Part shown: positions 36,447 through 46,487 of the stretch, one piece after another
Layout of the letters: each line of letters opens with the position of its first letter
Numbering within the stretch: position 1 is the stretch's first letter
Origin: an uncultured Mycoplasmatota bacterium
GTDB lineage: Bacteria > Bacillota_I > Bacilli_A > RF39 > UBA660
Assembly (NCBI GenBank): GCA_900547995.1
Contig: URIY01000002.1
Coordinates: 2,319 to 66,318 of the forward strand
DNA: 64,000 nucleotides
Direction of reading: 5' to 3'
Translations under genes and position numbers: made by a program
Notes under the pieces: model-generated
What the model was told of the DNA's origin: nothing
The model's database searches: none
What the model saw: the letters and a program-made list of their open reading frames with translations, nothing else

Positions 36447-37676
36447 ATGGAAAAAGATGTAATAATAAATAATCAAGCGAATATAATAAAAAAGCCAGAA
36501 TTACTTGCACCTGCTGGTGATTTAGAGAGATTAAAATTCGCATGTCTTTATGGAGCAGATGCAGTATATGTTGGTGGTTCCTTATTTAGTTTAAGAGCAA
36601 ATGCGATAAATTTTAATTTAGATTCTTTAAAAGAAGGGGTAATTTTTGCCCATAATTTAAATAAAAAAGTATATGTAACAATTAATATTGCTCTTCATAA
36701 TAGTGAAATAGATGGATTAAAGGAATATTTAATAGAACTTGATAAAATAGGGGTAGATGCGATTATTGTTAGTGATCCAGCTATCATAAAACTTGCAAGA
36801 GATAATACCAAATTAAATATTCATTTATCAACACAACAATCAACTTTAAATTATGAAGCGGCCCAGTATTTTAAAAATGAAGGTGTTAGTAGAATTGTTT
36901 TGGGTAGAGAAACATCTATAGATGATATAAGAGAAATAAGAGAAAAAGTTGATATCGAACTTGAAGTATTTATACATGGTGCTATGTGTGCATCTTTAAG
37001 TGGTAGATGCGTAATGTCTAATTTCTTAACAGCTAGAGATTCAAATCGTGGAGGATGTAGTCAAATATGTAGATGGGATTTTGGCTTAGAAGATAATAAT
37101 GAAAATAAAATAGAAGGTAATCAAAAATTTACTTTTTGTACCAAAGATTTATCAATGCTAAGATATCTTAAGGAACTTATTGAACTAGGAGTAGCATCAT
37201 TTAAAATAGAAGGAAGGATGCGTTCTATTTATTATGTAGCAACCGTTGTAAATATATATAGAAAAGCAATTGATAACTATTTTAAAGGAATTTTTGAGTA
37301 TGACAAATCATATGAATATACATTAAGAAGAGTTGCAAATAGAGATGCCGTTCCACAATTTTTTAATCATGATTATGGAAAGAATTGCCAATACTACAAT
37401 GGACGTGAAGAGGTATCTAATCAAGATTTTTTAGGTATTGTTCTTTCATATGATCCTGTTTCATCACTTGCATTTATAGAACAACGTAATTACTTTAAAA
37501 TAGGTGATGAAGTAGAGTTTTTTGGCCCTGATTTAGATGTTACACTATTTCAAATATCGGAAATATATGATGAAAATATGGAAAAAATTGACATTGTAAG
37601 ACATCCTAAACAAAAAGTATATTTAAAAATTCCATTTAAGGTTAATACAAATGATATGATGCGAATTAAAATATAA
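36447..37676 (+). CDS. peptidase U32-family protein (YrrO/TrhP2-like; RNA 5-hydroxylation family)
   Basis: 409 aa with the U32 signature E-x-F-x-H-G-A-x-C (EVFIHGAMCASLSGRC) and a C-terminal beta-domain. Confidence 0.8.
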   Translation: MEKDVIINNQANIIKKPELLAPAGDLERLKFACLYGADAVYVGGSLFSLRANAINFNLDSLKEGVIFAHNLNKKVYVTINIALHNSEIDGLKEYLIELDKIGVDAIIVSDPAIIKLARDNTKLNIHLSTQQSTLNYEAAQYFKNEGVSRIVLGRETSIDDIREIREKVDIELEVFIHGAMCASLSGRCVMSNFLTARDSNRGGCSQICRWDFGLEDNNENKIEGNQKFTFCTKDLSMLRYLKELIELGVASFKIEGRMRSIYYVATVVNIYRKAIDNYFKGIFEYDKSYEYTLRRVANRDAVPQFFNHDYGKNCQYYNGREEVSNQDFLGIVLSYDPVSSLAFIEQRNYFKIGDEVEFFGPDLDVTLFQISEIYDENMEKIDIVRHPKQKVYLKIPFKVNTNDMMRIKI

Positions 37677-37746
37677 AATTTATGATTGACAAAATGATTA
37701 ATAAATGGTATCCTTTTATAGGTTTATAAAAAATTGAGGTGATTAT

Positions 37747-38217
37747 ATGTCAAATAAGAAGACTGTATATTTAACAGAAGTTGGATTAGAAGAATTAAAG
37801 AAAGAATTAGATCATTTAAAATTAGAAAAAAGGCCTGAAATTATTGCAGCATTAAAAGATGCAAGAGCTCAAGGTGATTTAAGTGAAAATGCTGAATATG
37901 ATGCTGCTCGTAATGAGCAAGCAATTGTAGAAAGTAAAATTGCTGAATTAGAAGCTATGATAGAAAATGCATCTATTATTAAAGATGTAAAAACTGATAA
38001 AGTTGCTATTGGAACAAGCGTAAAACTTAAATATATTGAAGATAATGAAGAAGATGTTTATGCAATTGTAGGTAGTAAAGAAGCTGATCCAATGGAAAAC
38101 AGAATATCTAATGAATCTCCTATTGCTAAAGCTATAATGGGTTCTAAAAAAGGTGATATTGTGTCTGTTGATAGTCCAAATGGTACATACAGTGTAGAAA
38201 TTATGGATATATTTTAA
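37747..38217 (+). CDS. greA: transcription elongation factor GreA
   Basis: 156 aa with an N-terminal coiled coil carrying the acidic tip (DLSENAEYDAA) and a C-terminal FKBP-like domain. Confidence 0.92.
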   Translation: MSNKKTVYLTEVGLEELKKELDHLKLEKRPEIIAALKDARAQGDLSENAEYDAARNEQAIVESKIAELEAMIENASIIKDVKTDKVAIGTSVKLKYIEDNEEDVYAIVGSKEADPMENRISNESPIAKAIMGSKKGDIVSVDSPNGTYSVEIMDIF

Positions 38218-38251
38218 TTAGGTCTTTATAGACCTTTTTTTGGAGGAATTT

Positions 38252-38743
38252 ATGGCTAATTTAATTATCATTGTTGCTATTGGAATGAATTATGAACTTG
38301 GAAAAGAAAATAAACTAATTTGGAATATTTCAGAAGATATGAAATTTTTTAAAGAAAAAACAACAGGCCATTATATTATTATGGGTAGAAAAACATATGA
38401 ATCCATTCCATCTAATCTTGCAAATCGCAAGTATATTGTATTATCTAAAAATAATATTTTAGTGAAAGATAATGTACTTAAATTTTCGGATATAGATACT
38501 CTTTTAAAATATACTAAAAATATAAATGATGATATGTATGTTATCGGCGGTGCACAAATATATAAACTATTTTTAAATTATTGTAGTTGTATGTATTTAA
38601 CAGAAATATTAGATAGTGAAAAGGAAGCCGATGCATATTTCCCAAAATTTGATAAAACCGAATGGGATGAAATACCTCTTGGTGGATATACAAGCGATGA
38701 TAATATAAAATATACAAGAAAAAAATATGTCAAAAGAATATAG
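38252..38743 (+). CDS. folA: dihydrofolate reductase
   Basis: MANLIIIVAIGMNYELGKENKLIW...GRKTYESIP...VIGGAQIY. The start was set to the ATG at 38252 after a GGAGG ribosome-binding site. The greA terminator hairpin aggtctttatagacctttttt lies upstream. Confidence 0.88.
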   Translation: MANLIIIVAIGMNYELGKENKLIWNISEDMKFFKEKTTGHYIIMGRKTYESIPSNLANRKYIVLSKNNILVKDNVLKFSDIDTLLKYTKNINDDMYVIGGAQIYKLFLNYCSCMYLTEILDSEKEADAYFPKFDKTEWDEIPLGGYTSDDNIKYTRKKYVKRI

Positions 38744-38836
38744 TAAATGGTTATAGAAATATAACTTTTTTCTTTGTATGTCTTGAAATTACTAAGAAAT
38801 TATTATATACTATCTTTATGTGTGAAGGGAGAATTT

Positions 38837-40084
38837 ATGAAAAAGAATATTAAAGAAATAAATGTTACAATTGAAGGAGAAAAATGGCAAAAAGCTATTG
38901 ATAAAGCTTATGATAAAGTAAGTAAGAAAGTAAAAATAGATGGATTTAGACCTGGAAAGGCTCCAAAAGATATTTTCTTAAAGAAATATGGAAAAGAAAA
39001 TTTATTAGTTGAAGCAGCAGATAGTTGTATGCAAGATGCTTACATGGATATTCTAAAAGATAATGAAGGACTTGAAATAGTTGCTCAACCTAAGGTTGAA
39101 ATTAAGGGTGTTTCTGATGAAAAATTAGAACTTATGTTTACTTTAATTTTAAAGCCAGAAGTTAAATTAGGAAAATATACAGGACTTGGTGTTAAGAAGG
39201 AAGAAGCAAAAGTTACAAAGAAAGAAATTGAAGAATCAATTGATCATATGCGTAGTCATTATGCAGAAAATGTTACTAAAGATGGTAAAGTAGCAAATGG
39301 AGATATCGCCATTATTGATTTTGAAGGATTTAAAGATGGTGTTGCTTTTGCAGGTGGAAAAGCTGAAAACTATTCATTAACAATTGGTTCTAATTCTTTT
39401 ATACCAGGATTTGAAGAACAAATTATTGGTATGGAAAAAGGTGAAGAAAAAGAATTAAATTTAACTTTCCCAGAAGATTATCATGCTGAGGAATTAAAAG
39501 GAGCACCTGTAGTATTTAAAGTAAAAGTAAATGAAATTAAAGAAGTTAAAGTTCCTGAATTAGATAAAGATTTCTTTGAAGACTTAGGAATGGAAGGAAT
39601 TGATTCTAAAGAGGCATTAGAAAAGCAAGTAGAAGAAAACATTAAGACAAGAAAAGAATCAGAACTTGAAAATAAATACCTTGATGAATTATTAGAAGCA
39701 GCTGCTAAGAATACAGAAGTTGATATTCCAGATGTTATGATAGAAGAAGAAATTGATCGTATGTTAAAACAATACGAAGAAAATTTAAATATGCAAGGTA
39801 TTACTTTAGAACAATTCTATAAGTTTACTAATTCTGATGAAAAAGCTTTAAGAGATCAAATGAAAGAAGAAGCTGGTAAACGTGTTAAATTTAGATTAAT
39901 GCTTGAAGAAATTGCCAAAGCTGAAAAATTTGACATGAGTGATAAAGATGCTGAAAAAGAAGCAGAAGAACTTGCTAGTAAGTATCAAATGACTAAAGAT
40001 GAATTCTTAAAACAATTTGGTGGTCTTGAAATGGTTAAATATGACTATAAAATGAGACAAGCAATGGAAACATTAAAAAAATAA
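38837..40084 (+). CDS. tig: trigger factor
   Basis: Ribosome-binding N-domain (GFRPGKAP signature), a central FKBP PPIase domain and a C-terminal arm. The start was set at the ATG after the GAAGGGAG ribosome-binding site. Confidence 0.9.
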   Translation: MKKNIKEINVTIEGEKWQKAIDKAYDKVSKKVKIDGFRPGKAPKDIFLKKYGKENLLVEAADSCMQDAYMDILKDNEGLEIVAQPKVEIKGVSDEKLELMFTLILKPEVKLGKYTGLGVKKEEAKVTKKEIEESIDHMRSHYAENVTKDGKVANGDIAIIDFEGFKDGVAFAGGKAENYSLTIGSNSFIPGFEEQIIGMEKGEEKELNLTFPEDYHAEELKGAPVVFKVKVNEIKEVKVPELDKDFFEDLGMEGIDSKEALEKQVEENIKTRKESELENKYLDELLEAAAKNTEVDIPDVMIEEEIDRMLKQYEENLNMQGITLEQFYKFTNSDEKALRDQMKEEAGKRVKFRLMLEEIAKAEKFDMSDKDAEKEAEELASKYQMTKDEFLKQFGGLEMVKYDYKMRQAMETLKK

Positions 40085-40134
40085 TGTTTCTTTTTTGAGA
40101 ATATGATAAAATATAAACGGTTGGGAATGATTAT

Positions 40135-41751
40135 ATGATAATTAAAAATTTAAATTTATCATTTGGTATGCAAGATGTATTTAAAGATATAAACATTAAT
40201 ATACCAGATAATGAAAAAATAGGTATTGTAGGGGTAAATGGTGCTGGTAAATCTACTTTCTTCAAAGTACTTTTAAAAAAACTAGAACCTAATAGTGGTA
40301 AAATAGAATTTAATTCTAAAGTTAATATATCATTATTACCGCAAGTTATTGATGAGGAAATACCTAATTTAAATATACCTGTCTTTGACTATTTATTATC
40401 GGCTAGACCCATAAAAGAATTAGAAGAACAGTTAGCGACAATATACAATGATGTAGCAAACGAAACAGATACAAAAAAGCAAAATAAACTAATGAAAAAA
40501 ATAGATAGTATTCAAAATAGATTAAATTATTATGATGTATATGAAGCCGAAAATATTTTACTAAAAATAATATCTGGAATGCATATTGATGATGATTTAT
40601 TATATAAAAATTTAAATGAATTATCAGGTGGTCAAAAGTCTAAAATTGCTTTTGCTAGACTTTTATATTCTAAGCCAGAAATTATGCTTTTAGATGAGCC
40701 TACAAATCATTTGGACTCTAAAAGTAAAGATTATATTGTTAATTATTTAAAAAATTATCATGGAGGGGTTTTTATTATTTCCCATGATAATGATTTTTTA
40801 GATAAAGTTACTAATAAGACATTATATTTAGATAAAAGAAATCACAATATGATGTTATATGATGGTTCTTATTCTAAATTTATGAAAGTAAAAAAAGCTA
40901 ATGAAGAGGCTTTAGATAGAGCTATTTTAATGCAAGAAAAAGAGGAAGAAAAATTAGAAAAAATAGTTCTTCATTATTCTAATTCATCAGGTAACCGTAA
41001 GAAAATGGCCCAAGATCGAGAGAAAAAATTAAATAAATTAAGAGAAAATAAATTAAGTAAAGAAAAAGAAATAAAAAAGATTAATTTTAAAATTAAAATA
41101 GATAAAGAAAGTTCTATTAATCCCATTATCCTAGATAAAGTTTCTTTTAGTTATGATAATAAACATAAAATAATAAATAATTTATCATTTACTTTAACTA
41201 GAGGAGAGAAATTCTTAATAGTAGGTAATAATGGTGTTGGTAAATCAACATTACTTAAATTAATTGTTTCTAAATTAAAACCTAATAAAGGTATAATAGA
41301 TATAAATTATAAAACAAAAATTGCCTATTATGCACAGGAACATGAATTATTAGATAACAATAAAACAATTATGGATAATTTTTTAGATACTAATTATTCA
41401 GATAAAGAAATCCGTAATTGTTTAGGAAGATTTATGTTTTATGGTGATGATGTTTTTAAAGAAATTAAAACCTTATCACCTGGAGAAAGAGCAAGAGTAA
41501 TGCTTGCTAAAATATCATTAAGTGGTGCTAATGTTCTAATATTAGACGAGCCAACCAATCATTTAGATCCTGAAACACAAAGTAAAATCTCAGATATATT
41601 TAGAGATTATGAAGGTACAATGCTGGTGGTTTCCCATAATGAAGATTTTGTTAGAAATTTACAAATAGAAAGAATGCTTATCTTACCTGAAGGTAAAATA
41701 ACTTTTTATAGTGAAGATAAATTTGATAAATATAAAAAGGTAAATATTTAA
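40135..41751 (+). CDS. ABC-F family ATPase (two ABC domains joined by a charged linker, no TMD)
   Basis: Two Walker A motifs (GVNGAGKST, GNNGVGKST), two LSGGQ-like signatures (LSGGQKSK, LSPGERAR) and a K/E-rich interdomain linker. Confidence 0.88.
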   Translation: MIIKNLNLSFGMQDVFKDININIPDNEKIGIVGVNGAGKSTFFKVLLKKLEPNSGKIEFNSKVNISLLPQVIDEEIPNLNIPVFDYLLSARPIKELEEQLATIYNDVANETDTKKQNKLMKKIDSIQNRLNYYDVYEAENILLKIISGMHIDDDLLYKNLNELSGGQKSKIAFARLLYSKPEIMLLDEPTNHLDSKSKDYIVNYLKNYHGGVFIISHDNDFLDKVTNKTLYLDKRNHNMMLYDGSYSKFMKVKKANEEALDRAILMQEKEEEKLEKIVLHYSNSSGNRKKMAQDREKKLNKLRENKLSKEKEIKKINFKIKIDKESSINPIILDKVSFSYDNKHKIINNLSFTLTRGEKFLIVGNNGVGKSTLLKLIVSKLKPNKGIIDINYKTKIAYYAQEHELLDNNKTIMDNFLDTNYSDKEIRNCLGRFMFYGDDVFKEIKTLSPGERARVMLAKISLSGANVLILDEPTNHLDPETQSKISDIFRDYEGTMLVVSHNEDFVRNLQIERMLILPEGKITFYSEDKFDKYKKVNI

Positions 41752-41845
41752 ACGTAGTCAAATGTATACTATTTCGTGTATATTTGACAAATATATTATT
41801 TTGTTATATAATCAAGCATGTGTTTAACACAAAGAGGTGAGAAAT

Positions 41846-42517
41846 TTGGGGCTGAAAAACAAAGAATATATTAATTATATTGAATCTCTAATAAATATAT
41901 TTACAGTTGAACAGGGGCAAATTAAAATATTATTATTTAGAAAAAAAGTAGAACCATATAAAGGATATTGGGCATTACCTAGTGATATAGTTAAAAATGA
42001 TGTTACGATAGAGGACACAGTTAGTGATGTTGTATATGATGTGGTTGGATTAAAATCACTTTATATAGAACAATGTCATACATTTAGTCATTGTGATAGA
42101 GGAAATGATGAATATGTAACAGCTGTCTCATATATAGGTTTAATTGATAGTAAAAGTGCGGAAATTAAAAGAGAGGAAAGAACAGATTATGAAAGTGCAT
42201 GGTTTGATATAGATACTCTTCCAAAACTTGCATATGATCACGAAATGGTGATTAATAATGCTATCGAATTATTGAAAAAGAAAATTGTTAATATAAGTGT
42301 ATTAAAAACATTATTTCCAAGTGACTTTTCATTGCCAGAACTTCAGATGGTATACGAAAAACTATTAGGTAAAACTTTAGATAGAAGAAATTTTAGAAAA
42401 AAATTTGTGGGTCTTGGTTTAGTTGAGCCAACTGGTGATAAAAATGAAGGTGGTAATGGTAGACCAGCTAAGTTATATAGTTTTACTGATAATATTGAAG
42501 ATAGAAATTTATTTTAA
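41846..42517 (+). CDS. NrtR-like protein: Nudix-fold domain fused to a C-terminal winged-helix DNA-binding domain
   Basis: Nudix-like core (..GYWALPSD..) followed by LPELQMVYEKLLGKTLDRRNFRKKF...GRPAKLYSF, typical of NrtR C-terminal wHTH domains. The start is uncertain (GTG 41837 or TTG 41846). Confidence 0.55.
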   Translation: MGLKNKEYINYIESLINIFTVEQGQIKILLFRKKVEPYKGYWALPSDIVKNDVTIEDTVSDVVYDVVGLKSLYIEQCHTFSHCDRGNDEYVTAVSYIGLIDSKSAEIKREERTDYESAWFDIDTLPKLAYDHEMVINNAIELLKKKIVNISVLKTLFPSDFSLPELQMVYEKLLGKTLDRRNFRKKFVGLGLVEPTGDKNEGGNGRPAKLYSFTDNIEDRNLF

Positions 42518-42540
42518 ACATCGAAAGATGTTTTTTTCGT

Positions 42541-42575
42541 TTGACAAAAAATATAATTTGTGTATAATAATACGC
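42541..42575 (+). promoter_or_regulatory. sigma-A promoter of the teichoic acid operon
   Basis: TTGACA, 17 nt, an extended -10 element TGTGTATAAT, then the ribosome-binding site GAAGAAGGGG. Confidence 0.55.
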
Positions 42576-42597
42576 AAGTTGTGAAGAAGGGGATTTT

Positions 42598-43302
42598 ATG
42601 ATATATGCTTTAATATTAGGAAGTGGTATAGGTAGTAGAATGGGTAATACTACGCTTCCAAAACAATTTTTAAAAATTGGCAATAAGCCGATAATTATTC
42701 ATACAATAGAGCAATTTATTTTATCTACACGTGTAAACAAAATAATTGTTGTTGTATCAAGCGATTACGAAAACTATCTAAAAGATTTATTTAAAGAGTA
42801 CAAATTGAATAATATTGATATTGTTATAGGTGGTTCTGATAGAAGTAGTAGTATGATTAATGGATGCAACTATATATTAGATAATTATGCAGTAAATGAT
42901 AATGACATAATAATAACCCATGATGCTGTAAGACCGTTTGTAACCAGTAGAATTATTAATGATAATATAGATAAAATTAAAAATTATGATGCTATAGACA
43001 CTGTTATACCAGCAACAGATACTATTGTTGAAGTTGATGATGATATTATAAGTAATATTCCAATTAGATCAAAAATGTTTCAGGGGCAAACCCCACAAAC
43101 ATTTAGGTTAAAGGAATTAGTTTCTATTTATAATTCATTATCAAACGAGGAAAAAGAAATACTAACAGACGCGTGTAAAATATATACACTAAAAAACAAA
43201 AGAGTTGGTTATGTAAAAGGTGAAATCTATAATTTAAAGATTACTACCAAATTTGATTTAAATGTTGCCCATAGTATTGTGAAAGGTGATATTAAGATAT
43301 GA
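42598..43302 (+). CDS. tarI: ribitol-5-phosphate cytidylyltransferase (IspD family)
   Basis: MIYALILGSGIGSRMGNTTLPKQFLKIGNKPII... is the IspD/TarI fold. It is immediately followed by a Zn-ADH (TarJ). Confidence 0.8.
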   Translation: MIYALILGSGIGSRMGNTTLPKQFLKIGNKPIIIHTIEQFILSTRVNKIIVVVSSDYENYLKDLFKEYKLNNIDIVIGGSDRSSSMINGCNYILDNYAVNDNDIIITHDAVRPFVTSRIINDNIDKIKNYDAIDTVIPATDTIVEVDDDIISNIPIRSKMFQGQTPQTFRLKELVSIYNSLSNEEKEILTDACKIYTLKNKRVGYVKGEIYNLKITTKFDLNVAHSIVKGDIKI

Positions 43303-44312
43303 TAAATATAAGGTATAAATTAGTTGAACCAAGAAATATTGTTGAAGAATTTGTTGATGAAGAAGTTTTAGATGATGAAATTATTGTTAAACCAAAATAT
43401 TTATCAATATGCCATGCTGATCAAAGATATTATCAGGGTAATAGAGATAAAAAGGTGCTTAGTCAAAAACTTCCATTGTCATTAATCCATGAGGGAATTG
43501 GCGAAATAATTTATTCTAGAGATGATGATTATAAAGTAGGAACAAATGTAGTAATGCTTCCTAATATTTCTACGTCAAAAAGTAATTTTAAAGAAAATTA
43601 CGATAAAACTAGTAAATTTAGAGGCAGTACTTGTGATGGCTTTATGCAAAATTGTGTAGTATGCAAAAAGAGAAATGTATTAAAAATAAATTCAGATAAA
43701 ATTTCTATGGTTTTTTTAGAGTTAATGAGTGTTGTATTTAATGCTTTAGATGGTTTTAATAATTATAATAAAAAAAATATTGAAAGTATTGCTGTATATG
43801 GGGATGGTAGTTTATCTTTTATTATGGCTTTAGTTTTAAGAAGATTATATTCAAATACAAAAATAATTGTTATTGGAAAACATAAAGAAAAGATGGATTA
43901 TTTTACTTTTGTTGATGAAAAATATGTTATTGATAAAGTACCAAGTGATTTAAGATATAGCCATGCTTTTGAATGTGTTGGTGGTATTGGAAGTGAAAGT
44001 GCCATTAAACAAATAATTGATATTATTGATCCGCAAGGAACCGCATGTTTGCTTGGTGTAAGCGAATATAGTATTCAAATTAATACACGACTTGTACTTG
44101 AAAAGGGGCTTTGTTTATTAGGAAGTAGTAGAAGTTCTATGGATGATTTTAGGAAGGCTATTGATTTTATTGATAAATATCCAGATACACTTAATTATTT
44201 AAATACTATTATATCCGATATTGTAACAGTGAAAGATATTAAAGATATGGATATGGCATTTATGATAGATACTTCCAATCCATTTAAAACAATTATGAAG
44301 TGGGAAGTATAA
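43299..44312 (+). CDS. tarJ: ribulose-5-phosphate reductase (medium-chain Zn-dependent alcohol dehydrogenase family)
   Basis: 337-aa MDR fold (..SICHADQ..; GxGxxG-like VYGDGSLS). Its start overlaps the tarI stop. Confidence 0.75.
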   Translation: MINIRYKLVEPRNIVEEFVDEEVLDDEIIVKPKYLSICHADQRYYQGNRDKKVLSQKLPLSLIHEGIGEIIYSRDDDYKVGTNVVMLPNISTSKSNFKENYDKTSKFRGSTCDGFMQNCVVCKKRNVLKINSDKISMVFLELMSVVFNALDGFNNYNKKNIESIAVYGDGSLSFIMALVLRRLYSNTKIIVIGKHKEKMDYFTFVDEKYVIDKVPSDLRYSHAFECVGGIGSESAIKQIIDIIDPQGTACLLGVSEYSIQINTRLVLEKGLCLLGSSRSSMDDFRKAIDFIDKYPDTLNYLNTIISDIVTVKDIKDMDMAFMIDTSNPFKTIMKWEV

Positions 44313-45376
44313 TGTATAAAGTACTTCAAAGAATAAAAAAAATATTTATTATTATTCTTTATAATTTATTCTGTTTATTTAAAATAAATAGTAAGAAGGT
44401 TTTAATATATTCTCCTAGTAATGATTATTTGTCTCTTAATTTAAGCATTATAAAAAATAATATTAAAAATAGAAAAGTTAAAGTATTTTATCAAAATAAA
44501 AAAATAATTTTATTGTTATATAATATTGCTACTTCAAAATTAATAATAACAGATGATTATTCACCAATACTTTATCCTCTTAAGATAAGAAAAAAGGCTA
44601 AATTTATTCAAGTGTGGCATGCTTCAGGCGTATTTAAGAAAGTAGGGTTTATTCGACCTACGGCTAATAAAAATTCTATAACACATAAGAATTATACTGA
44701 TGTAATTGTAAGCTCTACAAATATTGTAAATGATTATAGTGAAGCATTTGGAATAGATAAAAGTAAAATAAAGCCTTTAGGAACAATCAAAACAGATTTA
44801 TTCTTTGATAAAGAAAAGGTAAATAAAATAAGTAGTGCTTTTAAAGAAAAATATAGTTTAGATAACAAAATAATTATTTTATATGCTCCTACATTTAGAG
44901 GTAATGGGCGAAAAAGTGCTTATAATAATAATATTTTAAATTTGGATAATCTTATAGATATGTTAGGTAAAGATTATATAATTTTATTTAGAAATCATCC
45001 ATTTGTAAAAGATAAAAAACAATTTAAAAATCCTAGAATTATTGATATATCAAAAGAAAAATATATAGATTATATTCTTCCTAGTATAGATATTCTTATT
45101 ACTGATTATTCATCAATTATTTTTGATACCATTTTGCTTCATAAACCGGTTGTTTTCTATGTACCTGATATAGATGAATATGAAAAAAATAGAGGATTTT
45201 ATTATAATTTTAAAGATTATAATTATGGAAAAATTACTGTTGATTTAAATGAATTAGTTAAGGCTATTAAAGAAAGAAATATAGATGAATTTAAGTTAAG
45301 AAAAATATATGAAAAACATTTAAATATGTGTGATGGTAAAAGCTTGAAACGTTTTATTAAAATGTATTTAGAATAG
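44300..45376 (+). CDS. CDP-glycerol/ribitol glycerophosphotransferase, TagF/TagB family
   Basis: Conserved IQVWHASGVFKKVG (catalytic His), YAPTFRG and DYSSIIFD motifs of the TagF family, about 355 aa (primase- or oligomerase-sized). The likely start is the ATG at 44312. Confidence 0.8.
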   Translation: MGSIMYKVLQRIKKIFIIILYNLFCLFKINSKKVLIYSPSNDYLSLNLSIIKNNIKNRKVKVFYQNKKIILLLYNIATSKLIITDDYSPILYPLKIRKKAKFIQVWHASGVFKKVGFIRPTANKNSITHKNYTDVIVSSTNIVNDYSEAFGIDKSKIKPLGTIKTDLFFDKEKVNKISSAFKEKYSLDNKIIILYAPTFRGNGRKSAYNNNILNLDNLIDMLGKDYIILFRNHPFVKDKKQFKNPRIIDISKEKYIDYILPSIDILITDYSSIIFDTILLHKPVVFYVPDIDEYEKNRGFYYNFKDYNYGKITVDLNELVKAIKERNIDEFKLRKIYEKHLNMCDGKSLKRFIKMYLE

Positions 45377-45386
45377 GAAGTGGTTT

Positions 45387-46487
45387 ATGATGAAATATTT
45401 AATTTTTAAAATATTGTTATCTATTTTTAAATTTATATTTTATCCTTTTATTTTTCTTCCTGTTACTAATAAAATTACATTAATAAGTAGAATGAGTGAT
45501 AATAAAACACTTGATATTAAATTATTAGAAAGAAATTTAAAGCTTAAATATTATGATTATAAAATAGTTGTTTTAAGTGATTATTTTGGTAAAAAAATAA
45601 GTAAAAAAATAAAATATTTATTAAAAATGCCTAAATATGTATTTTATATTTATACTAGTAAAATAGTTATATGTGATTGCTATATACCAGCTATTAGTTT
45701 ATTAAAAAAGAAAAAAAGTGTAACTATTATTCAAGTGTGGCATGCATCAGGTGCATATAAAAAATTTGGATATTCATCTCTTAATAAATATGAAGGTTAC
45801 GAAAGCAACTATGCGAAAATCTTAAATATGCATAAAAACTATGATTATGTAGTTGCAACTAGTGATTACTCGAAAACTAAATTTAGTGAAGCATTTAATA
45901 TTAATCAAGATAAAATAATAATTAGTCATTTACCTCGATATGAATATTTGCTAGAAAATAAAGAAAAATTTAGAGATGAAATAATAAGTAGGTTTAGTTT
46001 AAATAATAACAAGATAAATATTTTATATGCACCAACTTTTCGAAAATCAAAAAGGAATTATTTTAAAAATGTAATTGATGCTATTAATTATGATAAATAT
46101 AATTTGATTATAAAAAAACATGGTGGCATAGAATCTATTTATATTAATAAGAAAAAAGTATATGAAGGAACAAAAAATTATGATTTAAAACTTTTATGCG
46201 TATCTGATATTGTTATAACTGATTATTCTGCTATAACATTTGATGCCCTTTCTTTAAATAAAAAAGTTTTATTTTATGTTCCTGATTATGATAAATACTT
46301 AAATGAAAGAGATATTTATGAAAAACTTACAAACGGGCTTTATTATAAAGATATAAATACATTATTTAAGAATATTGATTCATATAAAAACATTGATATA
46401 AAAAAATATCTTAATTTAGAATCATATCCTATTGAGTTTTATATAGATAAAATATTAAAGGGGGAAACTATATATGAAAAATTATGA
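45387..46487 (+). CDS. CDP-glycerol/ribitol glycerophosphotransferase, TagF/TagB family (second copy)
   Basis: IIQVWHASGAYKKFGY, YAPTFRK, DYSAITFD. Confidence 0.8.
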   Translation: MMKYLIFKILLSIFKFIFYPFIFLPVTNKITLISRMSDNKTLDIKLLERNLKLKYYDYKIVVLSDYFGKKISKKIKYLLKMPKYVFYIYTSKIVICDCYIPAISLLKKKKSVTIIQVWHASGAYKKFGYSSLNKYEGYESNYAKILNMHKNYDYVVATSDYSKTKFSEAFNINQDKIIISHLPRYEYLLENKEKFRDEIISRFSLNNNKINILYAPTFRKSKRNYFKNVIDAINYDKYNLIIKKHGGIESIYINKKKVYEGTKNYDLKLLCVSDIVITDYSAITFDALSLNKKVLFYVPDYDKYLNERDIYEKLTNGLYYKDINTLFKNIDSYKNIDIKKYLNLESYPIEFYIDKILKGETIYEKL

